Assembly (NCBI GenBank): GCA_951406725.2
Contig: OX597823.1
Location: 28,892,001 to 28,956,000 of the forward strand
Direction: 5' to 3'
DNA length: 64,000 nucleotides
Source of the DNA: Octopus vulgaris
Taxonomy: Eukaryota
Shown: positions 13,792 to 27,638 of the stretch, piece after piece
How positions within the stretch are numbered: the stretch's first letter is position 1
Layout of the letters: each line of letters begins with the position of its first letter
The notes under the pieces: generated by a model
Told to the model about the DNA's origin: nothing
What the model saw: only the letters and a program-made list of their open reading frames with translations
Databases searched by the model: none
Program-made: the position numbers and the translations under genes

Positions 13792-15178
13792 GTTTCTTTA
13801 TTGCCCACAGGGGGCCAAGCACAGAAATGGACAAAACAACTGATTGGGATCGGTAATATGTTATGATTTTATATAAAATATGAATATAAAAATTATATAA
13901 AATATTTTTTTTTAATCGAATGAAATTAACAATACAGAGACAACACAAATGTAGCGATGATCAGGCCACGCTCCTACCCCACAAGCCCCCATCTATCACT
14001 GGTACCTTTATTGTTCGTCTTTTATAGCCTATTCACACGGTTCCTTGCACGCACAACACTCGTGCAACATGCTTCCATCTCTTTTTGTACATACTTTCCA
14101 ACAGACACCATTTCTCCATCCACAACTTCCTTTTCAAATGAAAAGTAAAAGATTATCGTAAATCTTGGCCGGAGATAAAGTTGCCTGTCTTAATTCCTTT
14201 TATCCTACTGCCTCTTTCGCTATTGCTACAACTGTGAGAAAACAATTCATACCTTCGTTTGCTAAAATGTCCGGTGGGTCAATCTTTATAATCGACTCAG
14301 TCGACAGACGTACTCTTCCTTCGCCGGACAACAGGTGTTCACCATAAATCCACATTTCAGATATCTCGGGACACTGGACAATAGCGTGAAGGACAGTTTC
14401 CCTGTCTCCCCCGTATCTTGGACAGGTTACCGTGTGACTGACGCTTACCGTGTGTTGCAAGCTTATCAAAAACGGGCAAGGCACCTCTGTAACATTGCCA
14501 GGTCAAGGACTTTTGGAAATTGTCCAACGTTCTCAACCCGAATGTACGATGGAACAGGCTGTCCATTTGAATATACCCGAAACTTAGAGTCACCCCCAGG
14601 CCATCGTCACATTCAGACTCTACCAACCCACTATATAAAATCCGTTTAGAACTCCCACCGCTGGAGTGGCCCGAACGTCGGAATAGCAGGAGGGCCTTAT
14701 GGCACTCTTTATGCCATTCACTCGACCTCGGTCTACGAAAGCACCAGGCTTCCTGTTCGCAAAAACTTTTGAACTCAAGAAACATTTTTCTGGCGTGCGG
14801 AGACCACACTCGTTCACTATCCAGGAGAATCCAGAGATGCCTCAACCTCAACGCATGCATGCTCATCATTAACCAAGCTTTACTTTAACGGCTTTTGACA
14901 GCAGACAGAGCATTTCACAGGTGGCGACCTACCCTTCCACAAAAAGTGAAAGAGCTGTCTCTCTAACCTGATCAACCACGAATCCGGACATGACATTACG
15001 GTCAGGCGGTAGATAATGACCGATGCGATAAACACATTGGCCATCTCTGCCCTCCCTTTTAAGGATAGCTACGCCAAGATCAAGTATTGACTACTGCAGC
15101 CAGTCTGCTCGAAACTTCTGTCCAGATCTTTGCTATCTGGAGGCCTGGTCCAAACCACACTCCCAGCAAGGAGAATCT
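13792..15178 (-). mobile_element. 5'-truncated L1/Tx1-clade LINE: ORF2 C-terminal part plus 3' UTR, frameshifted
   Basis: Minus-strand peptides GVWFGPGLQIAKIWTEV...W, LSLKGRAEMANVFIASVIIYRL, HALRLRHLW, LTWQCYRGALPV.DKL..HG, and the CCHC-like CPR(Y)GGDRETVLHAIVQCP...W typical of the L1/Tx1 ORF2 C-terminus. The 3' UTR ends in CCCTGTGGGCAATAAAGAAA. Confidence 0.9.
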
Positions 15179-15792
15179 TTTTATTGAAAAATTCTAAACG
15201 CATCTTAATATGCAAACTCCACGGTGACCATACTCCCTTTTCTAGCATCCTATCTGACAAAAAATTGATATAAGCATCATGTTTGACAAAAAATCCATCA
15301 TTCCAATTAAAGAGCATAAAATCCACAGAATTGTCTCCCCTTATCCACAGGAACTGGATAACTCCTACCCCATTTCCTGTTTTGACACACAATAACCCCA
15401 CACTTTCAAAATGTACACTACATTTAAAACATCCATCCTAATCCTCCAAAGAAGTTTTCTCAAGGACTATTACTGAACTCTAAAAACATAAAGACGCTAC
15501 AATGTATTGGTATACTTATCTATTGATTTTTGTATATATGTATTATTATTTTTTTGAAAAAACATAGTAAATTTCTTTCTGTCCCCTTCCTCAATTTAAA
15601 AAAAAAATTCCCCTTCCAGATCTTGAGAATTTGCCTTGCAATGAAAGCTGGTTGATTTATTATTTTTTCTGTTTTAATTTTTCATACACCCATTTTTATT
15701 AAAATTTACTTTCAATTTAGCATTCTGCCTTATAATTTTTCCTCTCCTATCATTTCTCAACGTGCGGTTAACACAACCCCACCATTTACTGA

Positions 15793-15849
<57 letters not shown>

Positions 15850-15851
<2 letters not shown>

Positions 15852-16015
15852 GTATATACGACGGGATTCTTTCAGTTTCTGTCCACTAGATCTGCTGACA
15901 AGGCTTTGGTCGGCTGGAAGCTATAGCAGAAGACACTTGCCCATGATACCACGCAGCGGGACTGATCCTCGAACCATGTGGTTGGGAAGTAAGCTACTTA
16001 CCGCACAGCCACTGC
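15850..16015 (-). mobile_element. SINE family B, 5' half (tRNA head plus CORE-like domain)
   Basis: Matches the head of 49787-50190 (GAAGACACTTGCCCA, GAACCATGTGGTTGG, AAGCTACTTACC); abuts a (TA)n run. Confidence 0.85.
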
Positions 16016-16944
16016 GTAGTAAATCTCACATCCCTTCCTCAGATATTATCACTAGCCATCAATGCCGTTCCTCTCTTCTACTTTAAGCATTTATTTTAAC
16101 TCCTCATCTTTTTCTTCGTTGCTTTCGCAAGGTTACCGAATTTCTCTGACTCTGGAATTTACTTTACATATCAATATCTTAGTTACGCATGCGATGCTCA
16201 TATTCTAACGATTAACAAGGAAACCTGCATGTCAGAGTTACATAGAGGCCATCATCATGCACTCTTCGTATCTCCTAAGCATTGCATTCTCACTCTGTAT
16301 TATTTTCTATAAAACGAATCTGATAAGGACAACAACAACAACAACAACTATAACACCAGTAACAAAAACAACAATTCTATTTGATGTTGCAAAAAAAATA
16401 TATATATTTCGCTTATCTAAATAGCCTTATATCACGAGAGATTAGTTATCAGAGATGATATATCCGCTATAAAGATGCAGTCGTTGATTATACGGAGTCA
16501 GACTATGCGTAAAAGATCATATATGAAAACGCAGCAGAAACCAATCATGATATAAATAATACGTGCAAAAACAACGGTCATTGCTTTAAACATTCTCAGG
16601 CGTTCAGTAGTTTGCAGTATTTTATTATTTTCTGTAATGTTGTGCTAATAAGAACTTTATCTTTTAATATTAATAATGTTGCTCCCTTTCTCTCTCCTTC
16701 TCTATTACACTTTTTTTTTCTTTTTATTTATCTTTTCCCATGTTCAAAATCAATAGCGAATTGGCTGTTTTTAACGAAATGCTGCAAGACTTAGTGTAGT
16801 ATTTTATCTGTAGAAGCGGCAATGGTATAATCGCATTGAACGGTGCTGCCAAAGAGCATGCATTGCACGTCACAAGTGCAGGAGAATTAGCAACTGCGGT
16901 TATATAAACGCTGTTAGATTAGCATCTAAAAGCAGAAGAAAGAT

Positions 16945-17085
16945 AAACTTCTTCTTCTTCTTTTTCTTCTTCTTCTTCTTCTTCTTCTTCTTCTTCTTCT
17001 TCTCCTTCTTCTTCTTCTCCTCCTCCTTCTTCTTCTTCTTCATTGTCGTCGTTGTCTCCTTCTCCTCCTCCTCCTTTTTTTTTTC
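16945..17085. repeat. (TTC)n/(TCC)n trinucleotide tract
   Basis: Directly visible. Confidence 0.95.
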
Positions 17086-17185
17086 TTCCTGATCTCATAG
17101 TCCCGAAATTATGTATTTCGTTGTCGTTTACGTTTATTAATACAGGCCGGGTGGGTGAGGCTGTATTGTCGTGGACTAGCAAAAG

Positions 17186-17590
17186 GTGGTGAGCCGACAG
17201 AATCATTTGATCGTCTTTAAAAAAAAAATTGCTTTATGGTATTTCTTCTGAATTTTAACGTTCTGCGTTCAAATCCCGCCGAAATCTGCTTTGTCTTTCG
17301 TCCTCTGGCAGTCGATAAGATAAAGGACCAATCGAGTACAGGGCATGATGGTATCCCTAATCCCCTCCCTTTATGCCTAAATTAGAAGCCAGCTGGTGAC
17401 CCGGATTCCAAGGCATTCCTCTGAACAGGACGTACGTCTTTCGCGGGGTTACTAACACATTTACAGCTGGGTGGATTTGTTCAACGTGAAAGTAAGAATT
17501 TCGCACAACACGTGTCATCCGATCCGGGAATCGAAACCGCGATTTCGAGATCATGAGTGCGACACTTGAACCACCAGACCACATAATACC
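17186..17590. mobile_element. Diverged SINE-A (+, about 17186-17380) abutting diverged SINE-C (-, about 17390-17590)
   Basis: GTTCAAATCCCGCCGA...CTTTCGTCCT...GTCGATAA (family A); CAGCTGGGTGGA...CAACGTGAA...CCGGGAATCGAAACC (family C). Confidence 0.7.
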
Positions 17591-17597
17591 TTCGCTT

Positions 17598-18018
17598 GTT
17601 ACTACTTATGAATATCGATAGATTTACAATTGGTGTCTTTTATTCTTTTATTTGTTTCAGTCATTTGACTGTGACCATGCTGGAGCACCACCTATTTTTT
17701 TTTGAGTCGAACAAATCGACCCCAGGATATATTCTAGGACTTTCTCAATCCGTGTCTTTTTCCGAACCGCTAGGTTACCACGGCGTAAACACATCAACAT
17801 CGGTTGTCAAGCGATGGTGGGGGCATAAACACACAACTATATGTGTGTGTTTATATATATAGGACGGGCTTCTTTCAGTTTCCGTCTAGCAAATCCACTC
17901 ATGAGGCTTTGGTTGGCCCGAGGCTATAGCATAAGACATTTGCCCAAGGTACCACGCAGTGAGACTGAACCCGGTACCATGTGGTTGGGAAGCAAGCTAC
18001 TTATCACAATTACCACTC
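17598..18018 (-). mobile_element. SINE family B, full-length copy
   Basis: Collinear with 49787-50190 and 37488-37873. Confidence 0.9.
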
Positions 18019-18957
18019 TTTCGTTTAAGTGTTAAACCAAGCTAGTTTTTTGTGCGAGTAAACTTAACTGCTTTGGTCAGAGATCGAACACAGCACATGT
18101 AATGAACTACAAACAGGCGAAGTTGATCAATTCAGCTTGATGCAATGTTCATATGCATCAGCTGGGATTACGATAGCATAAATGATCAGTGACTAGTTGA
18201 AGGGCTCAGTGAAAGTTGGGTCAAGGAATATGAACAATAAATTCCCTTGAGCCGGTACGGCATTGCTTTATCCTCACACTCTGTCCGTATATTTCATCCT
18301 GCGGGCTAACTAACGAATACAAATTAACGTAAATCAAACAGATGCGAAGTAAAGCGCTGCAGAGTTTAAACAACGGATATTTTATATTGAATTCTGGTTG
18401 ACAAATGAGATTTCACTTGTCGCCTAAGGGAGTAGATCTGTAAAACTATTATTGCGAATCAATCAATAACAGCTCATGCCTGAGATTGACATTGAACAAG
18501 TAGCCTTAAGGGAGATTATAATTGCTTCGATCTCGAGTAATTTTATTATTATTTCATTATTTTGTTATCAAAATTATGGTTAACTGTCATAATTGTTTTT
18601 GCTTTTTCCGTTTTCAACACTTACTGCTCCGTCGATTGTTGTAACAATTAAAACAGATGCAGTGGCCCTCACACGTTACATCTTTCTTTTTTGTTGTTCT
18701 CTTTCTTTCTGTTTATTTTTTATCTGCCGTTTTTCGCCATGATGTAAATCATCTCAGGCCGTCTGTCAAAAATTCACTCAAGCAAATGAGCAGTGCAGAA
18801 TGAGAATAACCTACAGATGTGTCGAATTTAAAACCGAGTTTCGATTCCTCCTCGTTGTATATATTTCATTGACATTCCTAAAACCTTCTTCCTGAAATTA
18901 ACAGACATTTCAATGCAAAACTTCCGTTATCACTATAAGTATGGGTCAGTGATATTG

Positions 18958-19390
18958 TTTTCTATTCTAGGCACAAGGTCCGAAATTTTGGGGGAGGGTG
19001 TCAGTCAATTAGATCGACTCCAGTAAGTAACTGGTACTTAATTTATCGACGCAGAAAGGATGAAAGGCAAAGTTGACCTGGACGGAATTTGAACTCAGAA
19101 CGTAAGGACAAACGAAATACCACTAAGCATCTCTTTGGCATGCTAACGTTTCTGCCAGCTCGCCGCCTTAAATATTCATTTCTACTCTAGGCACAAAGCC
19201 CAAACTTTTGGAGGAAGGGAGCCAGTCGATTAGATCGACTCCAGTAAGTAACTGGTATTTAATTTATCGACCACGAAAGGTTGAAAGGCAAAATCGACTT
19301 GGGCGGAATTTGAACTCAGAACGTAAAACAGACGAAATACCGCTAAATATTTCGCCTGGTCTTCTAAGGTTTCTGCCAGCTCACCGACTT
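18958..19390 (-). mobile_element. Two tandem SINE family A copies (short-tail variant)
   Basis: Units at about 18958-19170 and 19178-19390, each with CTAGGCACAA, GAAAGG.TGAAAGGCAAA, GGAATTTGAACTCAGAACGTAA and TTTCTGCCAGCTC. Confidence 0.9.
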
Positions 19391-19419
19391 TGTATCAAAG
19401 ATATTGTATGGGAAAGGAA

Positions 19420-19565
19420 ATAAACCAGTTGAGCATGTCCTTTAGTGTTTGACGATATGTGCATCTCTGATCACGAGCAGAAGTAGTGGGGGAGCATCAT
19501 AGCCATGTGTTGAGTGGGATTCTTGAGAGTTTGGATAATTCACCTTGAGAAACATAAGGGTGTTG
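19420..19565 (-). repeat. Dispersed repeat family D, second copy
   Basis: Reverse complement of 12520-12690. Confidence 0.8.
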
Positions 19566-19669
19566 AAGGAAGATATCTACGGATATGGGGCACAGTTCTT
19601 GCTATTAACGCAAAATGTAACATTAGTGCTAGAAAACGTCTGGGAGATCAGAGAGAATGTCGAGAGAGC

Positions 19670-19757
19670 AATGCTTAGTCAATTAAAATGACCTCAGTAA
19701 TGCTTAGTCAATTAAAATGACCTCAGTAATACTTAGTCAATTAAAATGACCTCAGTA
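19670..19757. repeat. 29-bp tandem repeat, three copies, inside a decayed SINE-A
   Basis: AAT(G/A)CTTAGTCAATTAAAATGACCTCAGT three times. Confidence 0.95.
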
Positions 19758-20009
19758 ATTGACTAATAGTATTTTATCGAGCTCAGAACTTGAACTCAAA
19801 ACAGAAAAAGACAAAAGAGAACTTGCAATGATCCTAGCAAACAGTTTGAGAGGAGAAGGCTTGGTCGGAACTTTTGTTTCTCGTATTTGACTGGTAACTT
19901 TACTTTATGGACCTCGAGAGGGTTGAAGGTTGAGTTTGGCGGGATTTGAACTCAGAATGCAAAATGATAGAGGATATGCTGTTATGCAATTTTTCCGGGC
20001 TCAGTAACG

Positions 20010-20199
20010 GAGAAGAAGAAGAAGAAAAAGAAGAAGAAAAAGAAGAAGAAAAAGAAGAAGAAAAAGAAGAAGAAAAAGATGAAGAAGAAAAAGATGAAGA
20101 AGAAGAAGAAGAAGAAGAAGGAGATGGTGATGATGATGTTGAAGATGATGAAGAAGAAGAGGCAGAGGAGGAGAAGAGGAAGAAGAAGAAGAAGAAGAC

Positions 20200-20252
<53 letters not shown>

Positions 20253-20266
20253 CGATGATGGTGATA

Positions 20267-20315
<49 letters not shown>

Positions 20316-20490
20316 CGATGACGACGATGATGATGATGTTGATGATAAAAAAGAAGATGATGATAATGATGATGAGTAGGCAGAAGAGGAAGACGAGGAG
20401 AAGAAGAGAAAGAAGAAGAGGAAAAGAAGAAGAAGAAGAAGAAGAAGGAGGAGGAGGAGGAGAAGCTGTTGATGATGATGATGATAATGA
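20010..20490. repeat. (GAA)n/(GAT)n/(GGA)n trinucleotide field
   Basis: Directly visible; source of the poly-E/poly-M ORF at 19946-20533. Confidence 0.95.
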
Positions 20491-20937
20491 CTATTCGACC
20501 GTGAGAGGTAAAGTTGACGTCGGTGGTTCTTGAACTTAGAACGCAGAGAGTTGGAAGGAATCCTACAAAAGATTATCCTCTAACGACTGTACCCGTTAAC
20601 CGTCTCATGAATGCGCATGTGCGCATATGTTTGTATCTACGAATCTGTATGTATGTATTTTGTATGTATTACGCATGGATGCAGAATAAATTTGAGTATA
20701 TCTCTATGTAAACACGCTGTTTGTCTATTTCTATATTCTTGCATGTATGCAACAGTAATATTTGCCTGCGTATGCGCGTGTACGTGTGATAAAAATTGAG
20801 AAGCCACATGACTATCACTTTCAATGATTGAGTGTAAATGCGCATGTGCATTCGTGTGCATCCGCATGAAACATTAAGGATATGTATATCCATTTAATTG
20901 TATAGATTTCATAGGTTTTCTTTGGCGGGGGGCGGGG

Positions 20938-21068
20938 ATCATCATCATCATCGTCATCATCATCATCATCATCATCATCGTCATCATCGTCTTCATGATC
21001 CTCATCATCATCATCATCATCATTTTTATTATTATTATTATCATTATTATCATCATTATTATTATTAT
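20938..21068. repeat. (ATC)n/(ATT)n trinucleotide tract
   Basis: Directly visible. Confidence 0.95.
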
Positions 21069-21889
21069 CTTTAAAGATGCGTTTCACATTCCTCCATCTT
21101 CATATTCTGGAATTTTAAAAGAAACCCTTTTATATATATATTTTTTATTTTATATTTTTATTATTTTTCTTTTCACAATCCCACGAGAATAATCATCAAT
21201 TATAGAAAGGGATCGAACTGGGACGACGTACAGGCGTTATTGGCGGGGACTTGTTAGAAACGAAACAAATAATTATTCAGCGACGCAATTCAAGTACGCC
21301 AAATATGGAGTCGCTGTAATACTATAGAAAATATCAGCCATAATGCATATTATGTTCAGAACACTTCAATCTTTCCAATAAAGTCACATGTCGTATCGAT
21401 TGTGTCACATGATGTATCGATTCAATCACAAGACATATATAGTTCAGTGATACGATATAGATCCATACATAGCATCATGGGGACATTTGCATTTCGAAAT
21501 CAGAAATTACTTCAATAGAATCACATGATATCACACAAAAGTATTACAGATGCCTGGAGTAGACATGAAATGGAATATATTTGAATATAGAATCACTGGG
21601 AGGTGGGACGCGGGGAGGAAAGCCTGCCGTGAATGTAGCGCACATGTACATGTGTACACATACACTCCTACATGTATGTATGTATACACACACATACACA
21701 CACACACTGGTACACGCACAACCACACATATATATAGGGAGAGAGAGAGAAAAAGAGGGGCGGATGGGAAGGAGGTAGAGGGGAAGGGAGTTAATACTTG
21801 TATGCATATTTTCATATGGGTATTTTATATTTTTGCAGAGGAAAGGTTTAAAACATTTGCACGTATCTATATATGTACGTATGTAAGAA

Positions 21890-21927
21890 TATATGTATGT
21901 TTGTATATGTATATGTATATATATATA

Positions 21928-21960
<33 letters not shown>

Positions 21961-22169
21961 ATGTATGTATGTATGTATGTATGTATGTATGTATGTATGT
22001 GTATATGTGTGTATACTTATATATACTAGAGTAAGCACATAAATATGAAACAAAGGCGAAGAAATAGTACTCGAATACCGGAGGTAGAGTAATATGATTT
22101 ATTAATAAAGTATATTATATATATATATTATATATATATTATATATATATATTATATATATATATTATA

Positions 22170-22245
<76 letters not shown>

Positions 22246-22318
22246 TTTTGCAAGGAAAAGATTTAATAGATAAACAGAGAGACACGCAGACAGGTAGATA
22301 GATAGATAGGTAGATAGG

Positions 22319-22382
<64 letters not shown>

Positions 22383-22403
22383 CAGACATACAAATAGTCA
22401 GGC

Positions 22404-22496
<93 letters not shown>
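21890..22496. repeat. Compound (TG)n/(TATG)n/(TA)n/(GATA)n field with a short unique insert at about 22028-22110
   Basis: Directly visible. Confidence 0.9.
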
Positions 22497-22497
<1 letters not shown>

Positions 22498-24709
22498 ATT
22501 AGTAGAATCGCCGGATTAAACATTTATCTAAGCTGTAAGTAATCTTGAGTTCACGGCCCACCAATATCAATTCTGTTTTGAATCTGTCGGGGTCGACAAA
22601 GAATTATCACTCGCGAATACTGAATCACTGAAAATCATAGCAGGTTCATTGAAATGTCTTGTGGTAACTGTTCTGTTCGTTTGTTATTTGGCGGTACAAC
22701 TAGTGACCGCAGTAGCGATGCCTTATATGCGTGTACATCAACCAATCTTTGTATGCTTACACTTGTGAATATGTATATATTCTCGTCTAAACTTCCAGAT
22801 TTTCCCCATATATTTTTTGTTTGCTTATTGCCATACAATTGCAATTTCTACATTAGTTGTGTCTTTCCTAGATTTCGAAGCCTCAGCTTTTCAAAGTACC
22901 TGTTCGCGCAGTAATTACAGGTGCAAATTTTAAGTTCTCATTTGGGGGGTGGGGGTATTGCAGCTGTTTCATTTTATCAACATAAATGTTGTGTGTGTGT
23001 GGATGTATGCGTGTGTGTGTGGATGTATGCGTGTGTGTGCGTCTGTGTGTGTGTGTATACATTGATACATAAGCATATGTATGTATGCGAACGTGTTTGT
23101 TTGTATGTATTGTTATATGTATGAATTTACGTATATTTCAAGGGTTCACCTGGGTCATAACTTGTATCTCGCTGAGTCTTCTTGAAAACATCACAAATGT
23201 TACACTTGTCTTTCTACGAGGTACTCGACCTCTTATACTATAATTCATTCAGTAGTCAGCTCATTTAATCAAACAACATAACTACGCATCGTCGAAACTG
23301 ACGGTGGATCCGTTTATTCGTATGTATTTAACACAAAGGCTCACATACTGATATGTAATAAAAGGCCATCAATTCAACAGGAAGGGAAAAACTGTCAATT
23401 AAATCTGCTCCAAGACATCAGTGGTAAATAGTTCATGGACAACCCCCTATTGCGATGAGTGGCGAAAATCTAGCTTTGCGAAAACTGGTCTCAAATCACA
23501 GAGAGAAAATACTATGAATTTTTGCCTAGTTAATCCGCCGCTCAGTCAATTCTGTCAGTCGAGCGGCCATTTTAACACTGACATTTAGATGATAAATTAC
23601 CCAGGGTGTTCGTATACAGGCAGCAACCAGTGCAACAACAGTGACAATAACAAGCACCGCATCTTCTTACAATAAGCGCTTTAGATGTTACAACAACTAC
23701 AGAAATAATAACAACCACAACTTCTTACAATAAGCGCTTTAGCAACATATGCAGCAGCACCAGCAACAGAAGGTGAATCAGTTGTAATCAGAAGAGATTA
23801 ACGATCCTTGGAAAATAAGCTTTGATACTTTCGCATCTCGTTAAGATCAAAGAGTATTGTTAGCTTCGTCATGTATAACAGTTATGTTTAAGCACCATAC
23901 ATCAATGCATATAGCTTTAACACACCCCGTTTATGCATAGCTCCGCAACTTTCTTACCAATCACGCTGAGCAAATAGACGGGAGAGAAAGAGTAGAGCAG
24001 TTACGGAGCTTTACCTTTCACGTTCGAATCCTCTTTGCGTTGAAGTTTGAAATTTAGCTTCAATCAAGTGATATAATGATGTTAAGATTGACACCTTCTC
24101 TGAAGATAGTTGCTCATATATACATATATACATGCATGCATATATAAATATATATATACTAACTTGTGTGTGTGGGTGTTTGATGTATTAGGGTCAATTC
24201 ACTTGACTGTACCTCACCATAAAATCATAGCCGTGGGGCCACATTAGAAAATATTTTAGCGGAATCAAGATAGAAAAAAGTTATGTAGAATGAGACATTT
24301 AATAGCTTTAGGTTTCAAATTGAAATATTTTAGCATACCCCCTTTACGTTGCCTTACAACAGTTCAGTAAATTGTTTCTATGAAGAAGGATTTGTATTGT
24401 CACGCAAAGAAATAGCAGATACAACACACGCTGCCTTTTCACGACAGGGTCGTAATGTACCCGAACATGAAGGACACAATGACATAAAACAGTTCGATAT
24501 TTAGGATTAGAAAGAATATGACAACGGGTAAATTCGTTGAATCCCGACCTGAGTTGAGCAACTTCAACAGCAACATAGAAATCGAATATTCTTCACCAGC
24601 CCCAAAATTTCTTGCGTTTCTTTGTGTCAGCAGACAAGTTAAATGAGTAGCTGGTCCTAAATCTCGATTGTAATAAATTCATATACCATGTCCAAATAAA
24701 TTAGTTGTA

Positions 24710-25112
<403 letters not shown>

Positions 25113-25124
25113 TTTATCAAAGGA

Positions 25125-25305
25125 AGGCGGTGAACTGGCAGAATCGCTACCTCGCTACAGTAAAAGGCTTAGTGGTATATCTTCCGATTTTACATTCTGA
25201 ATTCAAATGCTACCAGGGTTGATTTTGCCTTTCATCCTTTAGACATCGATCAAAGAAGTACCAGCTGAGCACTGAGATCGATGCTATCGATTACCCAGTT
25301 CCCCT
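25125..25305 (+). mobile_element. SINE family A, diverged copy
   Basis: GGCGGTGAACTGGCAGAATCG...TTTGCCTTTCATCCTTT...AAGTACCAG. Confidence 0.8.
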
Positions 25306-26157
25306 TGAGCAAAAAATGCAGGAGAAGAGGTGCCTCGAACTTTTTGTTTTTTTAATTATTTTTGTAAGTGCTACCTCGACAAGGAATGAAGAAATTAATC
25401 TTCATTGTGGAGTTCTGGTTCACCTGCTTGCAACAGAATGAACTGTAGCAAGGACCTTGTGATGTTCCTTGAGTCTCATCTGGGAAATTTCCCCGGAGGT
25501 TATTGTAGTAGACGCTTGTTCAAAGCGGCGAGCAGGTTGAACAGAAAAGCATGTTGTTCTTAGCCACATAGCCAGGCCTGGCCCTGTATTTACTTTATTA
25601 ACAACAGTTACGAATATGCTCCCTGCAATGCGAAGAGTAATTGCATAATGGTAACAATAGAGTATTAGAGAGAAATATACAGTGGTTCATGCATACTCCT
25701 TGTATGTTCACCATTTCTAAAGCTTATTCAAAAATGGATGAGGAATTGCTATGGCCCTTTATTTTCTGTGAATCTTAGGATTAGTGGGAGAAATGAATAG
25801 GTTATCCCCAAACCGGAGAATTTTCCCGAATGTTTTCCACAGAGTGAACATGATTAAAAGCACCCAAGTACCATGTGACAGAGTTACATAGGGTGAAAGA
25901 TGGAATCCACCATCCAAGAGCATAGAACGCAAACAGACGGAGAAAATACCACCAGGTATCTTGTCCGATGTTCTGACAATTCCGTCAATCCACAGTCCTG
26001 GACGGGAATTACTAAAATACAAAGTTAACACAGACAGGGCAGAACATAAACGGCTGACGGCTGATACAACTACCTCAAAGCATTTTGTCTTACGCCCTCA
26101 CGATTTTGCCACTTCACTTTTTATATATAACTAATTTGCCAAACCAATAAACCACCA

Positions 26158-27060
26158 TACAGGGTCATTTAAATATTAAAGTTTACTACGAGGAAGATCC
26201 AAACATCTTTGTCATCCCAGTATCGATAAACTAATTAATTTAATTAACAGATAAAACTGAAAGACATCTGTCATGTTTGCGACCTCATCATGGACAGTAA
26301 AGTTCTAGCTTATTAATCTTCATAAAGCGTAGCTTTAAACAGAATTTCAAAGCAGTTTTAAAACTTTGAGTATTCGCTTTTTGATGAATGGTAAGGAAAC
26401 TAGAAACGGCAGTGTCCAGCCGATCCTTCATTTACTGTCCCGGTATGGTTTCCATATGAAACATAACAGGTATATATTAGTTTCTTGTGAGTAAATTTTA
26501 TTTAGATTACGAAAATAGGGATATCTAAAATCATCGGGTACACTCCGTAGTAACTATTATTATGAAAAATGACCACTGTTGTTGCGGCATGACTTCATTT
26601 AAACATCTCCATGAATATTTTATGGCCTTGTGACTACACATGAAGTTAAATGGAATTTGGCAAGAAATTTCAGTTATTAGAAATATGGCAATTCATTTCC
26701 TGAGACGCTTACATTTTTCCAAATTATAGCATTATGCAAATTTTATCAGGATCGCATCTCACATATCAAGGAGTTTGAACATTATCGATTCTAAAAGGTG
26801 CCATTTGACCGAAATCAATCATTAATCTTGTGCTCTGTTACGAACATTAGAAACGTTGAATGAGTATCGTGTGTCATGGCTGAATAATTGTCTCTCTTGG
26901 TTCACATAAAAGGAAGTAAGTTTAAGCATAAGCACTATGGGCTTTGAAGGGATAATCTTGCATAAGAATTTATTCTGAGATCGAATTTTAGACGTATGGT
27001 TTTCAGCTTCGTTGACACGTCTTAAAGTGCATGGTATATATTTTTGTATGTAATGTTCTG
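26158..27060 (+). pseudogene. Possible highly decayed Tc1/mariner-superfamily transposon
   Basis: Starts with TACAGGGT (TA plus CAGGG-type end); GAAACGGCAGTGTC resembles the (E)TGSV motif of the DNA-binding region. No clean catalytic motif was found. Confidence 0.3.
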
Positions 27061-27388
27061 AACACTTCAGATTACGTTACTGTATAAGAGGGAGCTTTAT
27101 ATGTATTTTTACAAGAATCTGGTGGTTCTCATGTAAGGGTTGTGTATTAACGTATGAAATGTAAAAATCTTCTTGTCTTTGTTGTTTTCGTTCTTAATGC
27201 TTTTAGTTATTAAAAAAATAATAATCTTGAGTTTAACAGAAGTGGTAGCTTGTAAGACTTAAAATTAACCAATCTAGAAATAACTTTCATTTCAAGAATT
27301 CCATGACGGAGTCTCTACCTCGTCTCTTTCATCTGCTAGAGATAGTCATCATATCTTACTCAAATCACACCAGGACATATTAAAAATA

Positions 27389-27570
27389 ATTTCTACTCTA
27401 GGCACAAGGCCTGAAATTTTGGGGGAAGGGGAGCCAGTCGATTAGATCGACCCCAGTACGCAACTTGTACATAATTTATCGACCTCGAAAGGATGAAAGG
27501 CAAAGTCGGCCTCGGCGGAATTTGAACTCAGAACGTAACGGCAGACGAAATACTGCTAAGCATTTCGCCC
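27389..27570 (-). mobile_element. SINE family A (short-tail variant), head truncated
   Basis: Close match to the other family A copies; ends at the mariner fold-back junction. Confidence 0.9.
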
Positions 27571-27638
27571 CGAAATGAGAACTTATATCCCTACCTCGTA
27601 AAATTCTGTTGACTGTTCTTTGAGCCATTTCTTCATTA

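Noticed and set aside
15180-15490. Possible continuation of the Tx1/L1 LINE (ORF 15069-15401)
   Set aside because: LINE motifs stop at about 15178; the upstream sequence shows no RT or endonuclease motif I can recognise.
19670-19757. 29-bp repeats that could suggest a CRISPR array
   Set aside because: The units are contiguous with no spacers, lie inside a SINE, and the DNA is eukaryotic with no cas genes.
19946-20533. 195-aa acidic/poly-Met ORF
   Set aside because: It starts inside a decayed SINE-A and runs through (GAA)n/(GAT)n.
25400-25600. Minus-strand TSGEISQMRLKEHHK resembling a GIY-YIG G.T...RL.EH motif
   Set aside because: A single short match without supporting upstream or downstream motifs.
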